Positions 20,235 to 41,734 are shown, numbered from the stretch's first letter. The stretch: 64,000 nt of DNA from the human T2T-CHM13v2.0 reference genome, Homo sapiens (GCF_009914755.1 NC_060930.1), one strand, 5' to 3'. Program-made: numbers and translations. The notes: a model not told the origin generated them from the letters alone.

Positions 20235-21577
20235 ACTGAGCACTTTCTTTTATGTAATGTTTAGGGCTGCTTTCACACTACAGTGCAGAATTGAATATTT
20301 GGAACAGAAACAGTATGACCTGCAAAGCCATATTATGCAATATATATAATTCTCACAACATCTTTGCAAGATGGACATCTTTACTCTTGTTTACTAAATA
20401 AGGAAGTGGAGGTTCAATAGATAACCTTTCACAGTGGCATAGCTGGAATATAAACAGAAGATGGGTAGCAGCCAGACCCAGTAGCTTTGCTGGTGTAATA
20501 AAGGCTCAGAAGAGTGTATAATAGCAGTAAGCCATTTGCATCTCCTCCCCACTCTTGCCACTCAGGAAAATTAGATCAAACATTTGCAAAGCTGAAGTAT
20601 TCACAGTTGGAAAATTCAGACTTGTATACATCATTAATACTGCACATTCTAACAGTAATAAGGTTAATGGGTGATTTTGTTTCCAAAATTACAAAGATAT
20701 TGTTGAAATCATTATTACTACCATAGGTATTATTTATCTTTTCTCTGAAATATTACAATTGACATGATACATCAATGTAAGGTAAGTCACAAATGAAATA
20801 TATAATGATGTACTATCAACTCCAAGCTTATATTAAATGCTAATATCTTTGTTTTAAAAGTGAATATTTTAACTTAAGGATCTTAGTAACAAATTGACAA
20901 TTTTCCAGAAAACAGCATTTCTTTAGCTCTCCCTTAAGGATGTAGACTAGGCCCCCATGCCTCACACGAGCTACTGAGGTAGTGACCCTGGCAATGAAGC
21001 CACAGAGATTGTATTTTTAAAATCAGTACAAGAATAGAGGATGTCAAGGATTGGGTTTCACTTGCTCTCAAGTGTTGGCATGTTGTGTGTGTGTGTACAC
21101 ACACACACATAGACACTGAACCTGATCGTAGACCTGGAGGAGAGTTTGAGATGGTTATCTCACTCTACCACTTGATGACAAGTGAGTAAGTAGCCTGAGA
21201 CTAAGGCAAATTCAAGGACTCTCTCAAGGTCAGACAGGTAGTTTAACTTGCTCACTCGGTTACCCAGAGCAGGGCGATGCTAAGTTTCTTCACTTCTCCA
21301 TGTCCCAGTGTGCCTGGCCCGTTTGAGATATTACACACATGCTTCCTGCTTAACAACCAGTCTCCTAAAAAAAAGTTCAGATTGACATGGGAAGTCTAGC
21401 AAATGCTTGAGAGATGAACCATAATTACATTACTTGGATGTGACTTTTCTAAAATGCAAGATATGATTGTTTCCTGTGAAGATGTACATGGACAGAAACA
21501 GAATGAGATGCACTTGCTGTACTGTGGTCCACTTTCATGAAAATGGTACCATGTGACTCTAAAGTAGGCAGACTTTA

Positions 21578-21922
<345 letters not shown>

Positions 21923-22724
21923 AGGAGTAAAACACACCTAACCTACTACAAATATATGGATCCAAAAAAGTGCTGACCTCTATGAGAGGCGACACAATGT
22001 TGCAATGAATTGTTATTCATCTGAACACCTATCAGACACATTTTAGTTGCGGACAAAATGACCCATCTCTTTTATCCCTGTGCCACAACATTGCTGGAAG
22101 CCCACATCTGCAAATGGCAGGGAAGCAACTCTCATTCTACACCCCCCACCCCCTACAGCCAGGACTTCAACATCACTCAATTTTGGCCCTAACCAGTGTG
22201 ACTAATGATAATTGGTCATTCTCTGGAACTGGCTTCAAACCACCCACTTCATTCACCACTTCATCCACCCCAGTCATTCTTTGGACTTGGCTCCAAACCA
22301 TTTTTGCTTTATTGAAATAAAGCAAAATACAACAAATTCACCCTAAAAGAATGATGATTTGCTTGTCATTAGAGAAGAAGTAAGTTTTGGGTACAGGTGG
22401 CCTTGTTGGCATGACTATGGGGCCTCCTTCCTCCGAGCAGTTAGGGAGGTCTGAGCAAATTGCTCAAGTCGGGCTACTTGTTTTAAATTTAGGTCATTAG
22501 ATTCACTTTACAGTTGTACCTCAGTTTTGCTGCATGAGAAGCAGTGGTATTTACATCTGCTTAGATTTTCTCCTTAGCTTCCTCATGGATTTAAAGTAAA
22601 TGAATAAGGAGAGAGGCACCTAATTTCTACCTTGGTTAAAGGGAAGTGAAAGGACAGGCGTCCCGCTCTCCCCAAGACTGGGAATGTGGAGCCTGACCAA
22701 CATTTCCTGCTGCTTTGCTTGTGA

Positions 22725-23135
<411 letters not shown>

Positions 23136-23148
23136 TGAGAGGGCCTCA

Positions 23149-23586
<438 letters not shown>

Positions 23587-23676
23587 TTATGGACCCGGGC
23601 GGGGCCTTGTCCTTGGCCGCGGTGCTGAACGTTCTCCACCCGAACGGCAGCATCGACCTCTGGCAGCTGCCCCCTC

Positions 23677-23686
23677 CTTTATAAAG
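23677..23686 (-). promoter_or_regulatory. GCM2: GCM2 TATA box (palindromic CTTTATAAAG)
   Basis: TATAAAGG on minus strand in a CpG-rich region, GC box (GGGCGG) at ~23705-23711, ~270 nt upstream of the ATG. Confidence 0.65.
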
Positions 23687-23876
23687 ATATACCTCCGGGG
23701 GGCTCCGCCCTGTCTCGCCTACCTCGCTAGCGCCCACGCTCCAGGGGCCGGTCGCCCCCTCCACCACAGTCCCAGGAACGGAGGTGGAGGTTAAACTCAG
23801 CCCTGGAAGCAAATGGAAACTGCAGCCAGAGGGTGGGGGTGGAGAGGGTAAGTAGGAATGTATCCTTTAAGTTTAA

Positions 23877-24186
<310 letters not shown>

Positions 24187-24739
24187 TATTTTTTTTCTTT
24201 TTTCTAAACGCGTCCAGCTTCCCTGATTTCGGAAAGGGGCTTAGATGGAGGCTTTCCAGCAAAGTCCCCTGAGAGCCAACACTCAATTCCAGGAGAGCAT
24301 GGGAACCGTGCGTGGGCCCCTCTGCCGTCCGCGTGCGCCCTAGCCTGAATAACCGCGCCCACGCCTCCTAGTTAGGGGTCAGCCCATTTTGGGCCTCCAC
24401 TGCCGGCTCTTCCCCTAACTATTGTGAGTGTCTCGCAGTCTTGGCTCTGCTGTTTGGGACGTGCCAGGGTGCGCCAAGCCTCCGCGTATGCTCGCGAGCC
24501 CAGGCGCCTTCACGCTCCCGGGGACTTCGGAGGGACCTGGCCCTGCAGGAACGGAGTCCTACAAAGTGAACCTGGAGGAGGTGGGGGGCGGAAATGAGCC
24601 CGGGGTAGGTGGGAGCCTGGGGTAGGTGGGAGCCTGGGGAAGGAGGGAAAGGGGAGAGGGGAAAAGTCCCAAAGAACTCGCTTTCTCCACTGCTTTGGCT
24701 CCCTCTGGGTCTCAGCTTCCTTATCTGTTTATCTGTTAA

Positions 24740-25108
<369 letters not shown>

Positions 25109-25822
25109 CACAACTCTTAAAAAAAAACTTCACTGATATAGTCTTGGAAATATCACGACGAAATTGAATTTACTCCATTACAGTCTTGGGAGGCTTTGGA
25201 GGACTAGAGAATCGCGGTGGTGCGGAGGTGCGCAGGACAATGTGGGTTCTCCGGGGCTGGGACGAAACCTTCATCATCTGAGCAGCCGACTCGCCCAGGG
25301 CTACTCCGGCACATGGAGACCCTCAGTATATATATATATAAAAAAAACAAAAAACAAAAAACAAACAAAACAAAACAAAACCGATTGAAGTGACTAAAGT
25401 CACTCTTTGACTACCCCAAGGCCGGATTCTTGGCGGCCAGGGGAAAGGGCTTCTGGAATTTATTGCCCGCGCCCTTGTTTTGCAGCTGCACGCTTCCATT
25501 CCCAGCCCCAGCCAGAGAAGAGGAGCCAACTCCTCACGGCAGATCCCTTGATAGAGGAGGATGAACCGAATCCATGACCCTCCAGACCCGGGAAGCGACG
25601 CACCCTAGGCCTTGGCACCGCAAAGCCCGTGCTGAGCGCACGGACGGGTGCTGCCCGGGACTCGGCCAGGAGGGCGCCCATGCCAACGCCTCTTGCAGGA
25701 TTAGTGCCTTCGGTTGGCAAAAGGCGGATAAAGGAAGAGCGAAACCACATCAGGAAGCTAAGGGTGGTCCACGCTCCCTGTCCTTTTACTTCCCGCGCCA
25801 AAGGCACAGTGAGGCTTGCTTA

Positions 25823-26250
<428 letters not shown>

Positions 26251-27912
26251 TCCCAGTCGGTCAGAGAAGCCTGCCAGTGGCAGCGGACCAGCGAACTCTG
26301 TTGGGAAGAAAGGCCAACTTTGAGCAGTTCCTCGCGATTTTTTCCTCCTTTATCTTCTAGCTGGGGTCCTCCTCCCAGTCAAAGCCGAAGGGTCCTAGCA
26401 GAAGAAAGTGATTTGTTCATTCCCAGCCTCCTTTCTCCCGAAGTTCTCCCCTCCTAAAAGGTCCTGTCAGTCAAGGTTTCTGATTAAAATCACTCTCAAA
26501 TGGTCGCCACTGAGGTCTAGCTGGGAACGAAGAGATCTGTCTACTCTTCACCCACGAGTTTCATTCACAGATTTTTCATCTTATTAACTGTCTGCCAAAG
26601 GTCCCCGAAACTCCTGTTGATTCAGTTGCTTTTCGTGTTGTTTTGTCTTCCAAAATTGAATGAAAATTTATTGATTATCCATTTTAATTATAGTATTTCA
26701 TTAAATGTTGTAGTCTAAGATAACTTATCCTTTCAAATGTTCTAAAAATAACTTTAAAATGGTGATTTAAAGTTACCTCTGAAAATGCATAGAAATTAAT
26801 TTTTGGTCTTATTGCAGTGCTAGAATAGTTCTTGTCTCTGTGCTTTTGGAATGTTCCTAGAGAGACCTGACCCGTCAAAAACATAAATAAATAAAACTTT
26901 TTTATGTAAAAGGCAAATCAATTAATTTCTAAAGGGATTCTGGTATCCAAAGAAATGTCATAGAGCCTCTACTATATTTAGTTTGAGAAGAATTAGAGTA
27001 TGCATTTCAAGTTGCCATAAATTATATTAAGACAAAACATGTTAGTAAAAGAAGCTAATCAAAGTAAAAAAAAAACCAGATAAAAGGTATTTTGCCTATT
27101 CTGTTATTTTTAATTTCTCTTAAAGATTTGAATGCATTGCACCATAGACTTTGGAAGGACATGTTTTCCCCCAAAGCCTGAAAATAATAGATGATTAAGT
27201 TTTCTATCTAATATTATGAAAACTCTAATTTTTAAATATTCTCTTAAAATTCATTTAAACTGTAGTATTTTGTTTATTGCTTATTATTCATTGTTTCTTT
27301 CTTGCCCTGGTATTATATTTGTATTGACTCACAATAGCTTATACTCACAGCTGTTCCTGTCTTGATTACTAGTTTAATATTACAAAAGTCCATTCATTGA
27401 AAAGGAAAAAAACTTGCGTTTGAATTTCCTTGGTTTAGATTAAAATAGGTAAATTAATGTAAGAATGTTTACATTATACTTTCCAGGAAATTGATATGAC
27501 AGGCTTTGACATAAACATTGTTTTGAACGGACTAGAAATGTGTGCAAGTCCTGGGCTAACAGGGGTTCTGGTTTTGTTATGTTTTGCTTTGGTGTAGACA
27601 AATATCTTCCGTACATATTATGACTTGAAATACTCACAGGTCTAGTTATAATACAAGTTGATTTTTACACAAAGGATGTTTGGATTGGAGGGGTCTTTTT
27701 TTTGTTTTTTGTGGAAAACTCTAGTCCAATTTAATTTTGCCACCGTGTTCACACAACTGGCCACCTATCCGAATCAGCCTAGCCATTGGTACGCATACTT
27801 GTCAGGTTAAAGGAAATAGGCAAACAAAGAAACAAAAAAACAAAAACAAAAACAAAACTATTTGCTTTGATTAAAAAAAAAAATTCCCCTTCCTCCCCAC
27901 CACGGTACTTAA

Positions 27913-29050
<1,138 letters not shown>

Positions 29051-29605
29051 TGCTTTGCGTATTTTCCTAGCCGGTTTTCCAGCCCTCTTTCCACCTTGCT
29101 GCGTAGAAAGTGCAGAAGTGTTAAGCAACCCCAAGTGCTGGGACTTCATTTAACCGAACGACAAAGGACAGCCCCTAAGATAAAGCTACAATTATTACTT
29201 ATCAATAAATAATAAAAAAAAACACATGAAGTTTGAGCCCACCCAGGGACGCCAAAAACAACAAACAAAAACCACGTGGGGCGTGTTTCTAACATTCTTC
29301 TGCCTGGGTTCCTGGTGGTAGAAATTCTGATGTAATTGGTCTACGGTGGGCCGGTAGTTTGTTAGTTTGTTAGTGAGGACGCCAGGTGATTCTGATAGCC
29401 AGGGGTAACTGCTTGCCTAGATCCAGGAACTCACTCTTGTTCTCCATAAAATCCATCTGTCATCTGGCGCCATCTTCCCAGCCATGGGGAAACAGATTTG
29501 GGACAGAAACCTTTCTAACATCAAGCTACGCTTAAATTCAGAGCACTTAAGCATAACCTCCTCACCCTCTCCATCCCTGTTACATTGAAAGCTGCCATTC
29601 ACTGA

Positions 29606-30018
<413 letters not shown>

Positions 30019-30484
30019 TATCATCATGTTTTTTAAATGAGGAGACTGAATCTCAGAGAATCTAACGATCTTTTCTGCCTAAACCATCCCACTTTCTGAT
30101 TTTCCTGTCAGGTTCCTACCCACAAAAGCTGCCACATGATCTTCACAGAAGGGGGATACCTTTCTGTGTACTAGAGTGGCTCCAGAAATTCCAGAAACAG
30201 GAAGCATTTCTTTGGAATTTGCAAAGTACTGACCACCAAGGCCAGAGAAGGTTGAAAGGAGGTAGAAATAAAAATAAGCAGAGCATCTCTGCATACGAAT
30301 TGAACTGAAGGAGAGATAGGGCCGTGTCTATAGAGAAAAGAGGTAAAGAAGCTTAACATAAAGGCTCCCGGGAATATTTTCTTTGGGATGGGAAGTATTT
30401 CCCACTAATTCAGAATTTGTTGACAAAACTTAGAAATTATAGATACGTAGCATAGTGTTTATTTGATGTCAGTTTATGCTATGA

Positions 30485-30784
<300 letters not shown>

Positions 30785-30884
30785 TAACACCCAATTTTAA
30801 TTGTAGCTTTAGCTGTTCCTCCTATCTCACTTTTGCCTCTACTCAATTATCCACTAACACAATGGTTCTTTTTCTTTGCCTTTA

Positions 30885-32748
<1,864 letters not shown>

Positions 32749-33096
32749 AAGACACTTTTATTTAACTTTATTTTACAAGCTCTCATTCTGAAAATGGTTT
32801 ATTAGTTCAAAGCCTTTTTACTTCTACTTTATAATCATCATTATAGAGTTTGTTTATTTTGTGTGATTATTTATTCAAATGATGTTTGCTTTGCTTCTTC
32901 TGATAGTTTGTACTGTATTTGTCTTAGACCATGCTAAAGAAGGTTGGATAAAGTTTTTCTCTTTTTTCTAAGTACTATTTTACTTAGACCTATAATATGA
33001 GCAAACAAAAATTTCTGTTCAGGAAAACAATACAAACCTTTAATTTTTTTTTTTTTTTTTTGCTTTGTGTTTAAAACTTGAAATGCATTTCTTTGA

Positions 33097-33225
<129 letters not shown>

Positions 33226-33229
33226 TAAT

Positions 33230-33232
<3 letters not shown>

Positions 33233-33277
<45 letters not shown>
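33233..33277. repeat. (TG)n microsatellite after SYCP2L exon 2
   Basis: ~22 TG units. Confidence 0.97.
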
Positions 33278-33285
<8 letters not shown>

Positions 33286-33920
33286 ATGAGTGTATGTATT
33301 CTTTCTAGTTCTGTGTTCCCTGGGTCATTAGCAAACTTGTTCCTCCAGTTGCTCAAATCAGAAGCAGAGAAATCTTTACTTCTTCTCCTTCCCTAATCTC
33401 TCATGTCCAATTTATTACTATATCTAGTCAATTTACCATTAGCTATCTTACCAATATCCTAGTCTAAACTATCTTGTGCCCTGTGCAGATATCTTGTGCC
33501 CTAAATGCAGATAGATGATACTGAACAAACTAGAAACAACGTCTGCCTTTATGGAGCTTATAGACTGGCAGAGAGCCAAAGAAGCAGGAAGAAAAAGAAC
33601 AGGGTAATGAGATGGGGAATAATTGGGAATGTTGAGGAGGCACCTGGTCTACGTAAGATAAGGTGGTCCTGGAAGATCTACCTGAAAAAGTGATGCTTAA
33701 GCTGTGATCTGAGTGGAACCAGCCATGTGGAAAGTGGTGGGGTGAAGTAGCCCAGGCCTAGAACAGCCAGTTCAAAGGCCCCGAGGCAAGGAAGAGCTTG
33801 ACTTATCCTAGGACTCATTAGCAAGGAGGTCAGACTGTCAGAGATCAGATCATGCCACGTTCTGCGGACTAAAGCAAAGGATTTTGGGTTTATTTTTAAT
33901 GCAGAGGAAGCCATGGCAAA

Positions 33921-34918
33921 GTTTTGTTTTGTTTTAACGGGATCTCACTCTGTTACCCCAGCTGGAGTGCAGTGGTACAATCATGGCTTACTGCAGCCTT
34001 GACCTCCTGGGCTCAAGTGATCCTCCTGCCTCAGCCTTCTGAGTAGCTGTGACTACAGCCATGAACCACCACACCTGGCTAGTTTTTCATTTTTTGTAGA
34101 GACTGGGTCTCAATATATTGCCCAGGCTGATGTCAAACTTCTGGGCTTAAGCGATCCTCTTGCCTTGGCCTCCTAAAGTGCTGGGATTACAGGCGTGAGC
34201 CCTGCGCCTGGTAATGGCAGAGTTTTAAGCAGGTAAAAGGGAGTGAATTTCAGCTGAGCAATCTCACATAAGTTTGTAACCTTTCCTATCCTTGCTACTT
34301 GTATCCTGAGATAAAGAACCTAACCTCTCAGGACCCTGGTAAGGATTAAATAATAACATCTGCAGAACACTTAACACACTTGGCACAAAAAAGCTCACTA
34401 TGTGTTAACTTAAAAAAGAAAACATTCTGTTTAAATGGAATAATTTTAAATGCTGTTTTCCCTTTTAATTCAGTACTAAGAATAAGTGGAATTGTGGGCT
34501 GTATATAGTAAATTGCTTCCTTATTAAAATAGTATTGTATATTTAACCTGTAAGATTTTTTTAAAGATAAAAAATCTTATCTTTTATAGTTTAAATGTTT
34601 AAGGAAATGTCTGTTATTCAAGTATATATACTTTTTTTTTTTTTTGAGACAGAGTTTTGCTCTTGTTGCACAGGCTGGAGTGCAGTGGTGCGATCTCGAC
34701 TCACCGCAACCTCCGTCCTAGGTTCAAGCGATTCTCCTGCCTCAGCCTTCCAAGTATTACAGGCATGCGCCACCACGTCTGGCTAATTTTGTATTGTTGG
34801 TAGAGATGGGATTGCTCCATGTTGGTCAGGCTGGTCTCGAACTCCTGACCTCAGGTGATTCGCCTGCCTTGGCCTCCCAAAGTGCTGGGATTACAGGCGT
34901 GCGCCACTGCACCCGGCC
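33921..34918 (-). mobile_element. Two antisense Alus (33921-34212, 34632-34918)
   Basis: Alu consensus. Confidence 0.9.
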
Positions 34919-35415
34919 CTTCAAGTATATGTACTTAGAAGCATGTCTTAGCTAATGTGCAGGCAGAAAAGATGAATTTCATTCATTATGGTCAATTTGC
35001 ATACTTATTATCTATAATTATTAGTATTATTTTTCTTCCTTCTATTATGATCATTTATGTCACTTAGTGAGTGATCATAGGCTTGAAATTTTTAGTGTTT
35101 TAGAATTCCCAACATTGCTGAGGATCTTCACCTAATGATATCTGAAACTGAAGTGTTGTTTTCCTTGGGTCAGTGGTTCCCAGACTTCAGCATGCACGAG
35201 AATCACGTGAAAGGCTCTGCCCTGAGTGTGAGTGCTAAGAAGTCCCCAGGTGATGCCAGCGCTGTTGGTGGTCTAGGAACCACATTTTGGGAACTCTTGT
35301 CTTAAACCAACGGAAACATCAATCATTTGTGAAATGATTGTTTACTATTCAAGATAGAGATCTCCATTCTATATTTACCCTATATTATTTCACACTGAAT
35401 TCTTATTGATAATGA

Positions 35416-35643
<228 letters not shown>

Positions 35644-35705
35644 TGACCAAAATACAAATGTATAATTATTTATAAGTGTTTTAACTTAGTGTGGTTTATA
35701 CCTAG

Positions 35706-35840
<135 letters not shown>

Positions 35841-36329
35841 TAATTTTATATGGCTTTGGGTAACTTAGAGAACTTAGGTGGATTTAGTTGTCTAGTTAAG
35901 TTTGGTATTTTCTGTTCCTTTGAAATCCAATTTGAAAAGAAATTGATATCCATTCTTATTGCTTCTGTCTAACCAAAAATTAAATTCGACATACATTTCC
36001 TGATGTACCTGCTATAGAAGGCACTTTGGGAGTGCACAGGATCGAGTCAGACACAACCACTGCCCTTGTTGAGCCTATGCAGTAATTATTATTTTAAATT
36101 ATTTTAGTGAATTTGGGGGAAAATGAGTAGGAGTAGGCTCTAGAACTATTTTAATAGACTTTATTAACAAGATTAGACCTAGAAAAATGATCGTCAAAAA
36201 CTTTTCTTTGCCCTTGTAACACCTCACTTTATCCATTTTCTAAACCTTGGATGAATCTGAAAAAACAAATAGCAGAAACATTTTTGCTTATTCAAAGTTA
36301 CCCAAATTATCAGCTTTTATTCTTTTAAA

Positions 36330-37325
36330 AATAATAACCAAGAGATAACATGGCGAGTGCCTTTATAACGGCATCTGGAAGTAAAGCAGAATCTGCAACA
36401 TCTCTTGCTGCAGTTCCGCTCTTTTAGTGGTGAGGTTTTTGCAGCCCAGAGGCAAGTTTGTTTATTGACGAGGAGATGTGGGGAAGAAGTAGGGTGGAAG
36501 GATCATCTGGCTGCTAATAATGTCTTTGATTTACCCCTTGAGCTCCAGTACCAGAAGTTTATTGAGGCCAGATTGGGCCAAGATCTGTCTTTGCCCTTTG
36601 TTACTCTAAAATGCGTCTAATTATGAAGCTACCCCCTCAGGAGAGAAAGCAAACTCCAGGCTTTCCCAGACTCCTCTCAGGGACTTTAAAGTGTTTGCAG
36701 GGGGAATTAAGGACTGTGTTTATGCAAACCGTATATATTTCGTTCTGCATATAACCCCACTTGACCTGTTGATACGCCAACTTCTGCAGATAACAGGAAG
36801 CAGGGGAAAGGAGATAAAAATCTCAAAGGAAATGAGGCAGAGATGTCCTAAGTGTACCTTGGAACCCTAAGCTGACCTTTTGGGGTATGAATAGGACTTC
36901 TTCTGCGCAGAGGGGTACCTCCTTGGCCAGTTGCCATGAGAGCACACCTGAACAAAGGGGCATGAGGGCCTTTATTCCTGACGCAAGTCCTGCCCCTGTA
37001 CCCTTTCCCCATTGGCCGGGGTCGGGTCGTACAATCTAATTCCGGTTGGCTAAACATTTCCTTTTTTTCTTTTTAGATAGGGTGGGCATGTAAGAGAAAG
37101 TGGAGAGGAAGGGGAAGGGGTGTCTGTAATGAGCTAGAAAGTTAGTCCTCTTTTCAAATAAGGAAAGGAATGTGAGCTGGTACTGATAACGCTTGCTACC
37201 GTGGCGTGCCTGGGCATCTAACAAAGGCAAAAAGGAGAAAGGAGAACAAAAGGGGGGGGGTACTATGAATTAGAGAATAAAAGATTGATCAGATTATTCG
37301 AAGAGAAACCTCATCATATTCCACA
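36330..37325 (-). mobile_element. ERV1 LTR10-like LTR (~36850-37325) plus internal fragment, antisense in SYCP2L intron 4
   Basis: Minus strand begins tgtggaatatgatgaggtttctcttc; CCAAT box; abuts a truncated Alu (37326-37409). Confidence 0.6.
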
Positions 37326-37496
37326 TCTCGAACTCCCAACCTCAGATGATTCCCCTGCCTCGGCCTCCCAAAGTGCTGGGATTACAGGCGTGAGCTCCCG
37401 CGCCTGGCCAACTCTATACTTCTAAAGACAACTGTGTTTGCAGACTGAACACAAAGTGTGCTCGGAAGTTCTTCTACTACATAGAATAAGAATTCC

Positions 37497-37780
37497 TGGC
37501 ACGGCGGCTCACGCCTGTAATCCCAGCACTTTGGGAGGTTGAGGTGGGCAGATCACCTGAGGTCAGGGGTTCAAGACCAGCCTTGCCAACGTGGTGAAAC
37601 CCTGTCTCTATTAAAAATACAAAAATTAGCTGGGCAGTGGTGGCACATGCCTGTAATCCCAGCTACTTGGGAAACTGAGGCAGGAGAATTGCTTAAGCTG
37701 GAGGTTGTGGTGAGCCAAGATGGTGTCACTGCACTCCAGTCTGCGTGACAGAGTGAGACCCTGTCTCCAAAACAAAACAA
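37497..37780 (+). mobile_element. Alu
   Basis: Alu consensus. Confidence 0.9.
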
Positions 37781-39032
37781 GCCCTACAGAAAGGAACATC
37801 TTTAGTCCTGTACCGTAAAATCCAGGAGGATTAAGCAACTTTTCTGATACCATATTCCTAAGAAGTCATGGCTGTTGTGTCTGGCTTCTGTAGTGATACA
37901 ACTGTGGGGAGAGCTGGGATGTCTGTTAGACAATGTGTGACCAGGGCACATAAATGGGTTCAGTGAGAACTTCCTGTTCCCAAGTATTGATCAGATAGTG
38001 CAGCCTTTCTGCCACTTCTGTATCTCCTCAACCAGTATATTTGGGAGGGTGCTGGGAGGGTGCTGGGAGTGCGATAGGCTTTGGAGGGATAGATGGAGTG
38101 GTGACAAAAATGTATTTAAAAAGCATAGAATTTTGAGTATGAACATAGGGAGGGAGAAAATACAGCCTTAGCAGTGAGTTCTGCTGCGTAGAGGGACATT
38201 TCTTTTCTTGTGCTATTGGAGCAAAGCTTCCTTCAGCAGGTGGATGATTCAATCTAGTATAAGTATTTGTCTGATTTGAGACAAAAGAAACCTTACTTGG
38301 AAGATAGTAATGGCTTTCAAACCTTGCTGTACATTACAGTCACCTGGAGAGCTCTCACAAACGTTCTTAAACCTAAAATAGAAAACTCAGGTGGGGGTGT
38401 ATCACCAGTGATTCTGATTACTGGGTCTGGGATAGGTCCCAGGCTTCAGCAGTGGGGGATGTTTCCTAACTCCCCAGGTTTTCCTAATGTACAGCCAAGG
38501 TTGAAAACTGGTTTTATCTTCAGCTGGGCTGTCTCAGGTTCTTGGCCCAAAGTATACAGAGTTTTGAAGGCCTGACTCCTGCAAGAGTTGTTCGTCAGAA
38601 ACTCATGTGACTGATGTCATGTTCAGCTGATAATTTCTAACTATGCATGCGGAGTTTTTCTAATTTTTTTTTTTCTAAGAGTGACCAGTCTCAGTTAAAA
38701 TCATGGGAAAAATAAGATGGCTTTTGCTTTATTGAGGAAATACTGTATATTCTGGAGTGGGGGAGGAAAGGTTGCAGAAGTTTATTTTAAATCATTCCAA
38801 TCCCAGCAGTTTAATATGAAATTGGATATGTATTCCTATAGGAAAAAATTCTCTAATTAGCTGGAAGCTTTTTAACGAAAGAAAGATACCTAGGCCTGAG
38901 GCATATTTACTATAATCAAGAATACTTCTGAGAACTTTCCAAATTCTGTGTCTTCTTTGATAGTTTGTTTTCAGCAGATTCTCAGATCGCAAGATTTTTT
39001 TTCCACCTGTGCTGGGGAGGCTCACTTATCTC

Positions 39033-39332
39033 TTTTTTTTTTTTTTTGGAGGTGGGGTCTCGCTCTGTTCCCCAGGCTGGAGAATAGTGGTGTGATCACA
39101 GCACTTGCTAAAGTGTTGACCTTCTGGGGTCAAGTGATCCTCATACCTCAGCCTCCCAAGTAGCTGGGACTAGAGGTGTGCACCACCACACCCAGCTAAT
39201 TTTTATATTTTTTGTAGAGACGAAGTTTAACCATCTTTCCCAGGCTGGTCTTGAACTCCTGGCCTCAAGTGATCCACCCGTCTCGGCCTCTCAAAGTGCT
39301 GGGATTACAGGCATGAGCCACTGCGCCTGGCC
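39033..39332 (-). mobile_element. Alu
   Basis: TSD-like ctcacttatctctt/ctcatttatctctt. Confidence 0.9.
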
Positions 39333-39616
39333 TCATTTATCTCTTAAATGTTCCTCACTAGTCCCTTTATATGAATTTCTGACACGGATCCTGGCTGGGA
39401 CTCTTATTTTGTGCTGATCTCTGAGAGCTTACTTATGACAGCTCTGTAGTAGTATGGCACCATCCTGAAGTGTTCTGGTGGGAGGCCTCAGAGCCAGGCC
39501 TCATTGAAATGGAATGGAATGGGAAAAGATCTTTAAGATTATTTTGTTGTAATGAGAAAATTGTCTTGTGCAATTTTATTGAATAGGCAGCATTTAGTCT
39601 TATGTAGTTACGTTAG

Positions 39617-39760
<144 letters not shown>

Positions 39761-39822
39761 TGAGCAGATGCCATTGGTAATTGGCAGGAATCTTCAAGTT
39801 ATTTATAAAACATGGTTTTCTA

Positions 39823-40145
<323 letters not shown>

Positions 40146-40444
40146 GACTCTCATGTTTTATTATTAGAATATTATTAATATGTGATATAGTAAGAAACAT
40201 ATATAACTGATGTTAAAAATGAGAGGTGATTTATTATCATACAAATATATTAGTCACCTGATTGAGAGTGATATGCACATTTTAAGGAAGTGATTAAGGC
40301 CCAGATAGGCTTTCTCTAAAATGCTTTTCTTCTGTAAAGTCAATGCCTGCCTGTTAGAGAAAGTTAACACTAATACATTCACATTACGGTTTATCATGCT
40401 GTTTTAAAATAATATGAGCTTTACTTTTTCTTTCTTTTTGTTAG

Positions 40445-40469
40445 ATTATTTCCAGGAGTAGTAGTGAAG
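40445..40469 (+). CDS. SYCP2L: SYCP2L exon 6 (25-nt microexon)
   Basis: long polypyrimidine tract, ttag|IISRSSSE-G|gtaagt; needed to keep frame. Confidence 0.9.
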
Positions 40470-40886
40470 GTAAGTATATTATTGGCTACTAATTGGCTAT
40501 TAATTTTTCATTAATAGAATATTCTGGCACAGAGAAAAGAAAAATGATATGTAAAAGTAAAGTGAGTTTAAACATTTTATTTGGATTTATTGACCACCTT
40601 ATGGTCATCATAGTGTCATTTGGAAATGCATTTCATTGTAGAAAAAAGTCTTGTATTTGTCTGAGAAGCATTTTTATTTCGCTGCTCCTGACATATGGCT
40701 AGCTCTGTTCAGGTAATGGAAAGTCACTTTTGTCATTCAAATATGCAAAAATTTAGCTACTACTGATTTAACTTGGAGCTGATTCAGATGCCTTTCTCTG
40801 TCTTTCAAGAGTGTAAAAGGTAAAATTTTAGAAACTTTGGAGGATAGATTGATTTTGTTCCATTTAGCTCAAATTAAAGGTAATTA

Positions 40887-41207
<321 letters not shown>

Positions 41208-41734
41208 TCAAAGATGCACTTAAATATTTAAACATTTTGGAAATTGGAGCCATCTTGATATGTCATTTTTCTATGTTACATGTTTTTAGTTTTCTTCTGA
41301 AAGGCTGTCATTAATTGACACTACATTCTGCAATGGATGGTATCTGGTAGTTGAGGAAATTCAGTACCAGAAGCTTAAGCATGCCCTGTGCTTGGTTGAC
41401 TTTAAAACTTGGTTGACTTGGTTGGTCCTCATAATTCAAGTCAGTGGTTCCAAACATTTTCAAGTCAAAGTTTTATGATCATCACAATGACAGTTGCTGT
41501 CTTTAAAACTGGTTGATAAAATGCACAGTGGTAAACTACTTTGATTTTTGTAACATTTTAAAATAAACTTGCTTTGTATTAATCCCAACAATATGTATAT
41601 ACTGCATATTTGAAAAACAGTGCAGATGTGAGCTATATATTCACTCTACGGTCATTGCTTGGTGCATTTATGGATTCACATAATGCTATAATGACTTTCA
41701 TTGCCCCTGGTAGAGGAAACACTGTTCTAGATGA

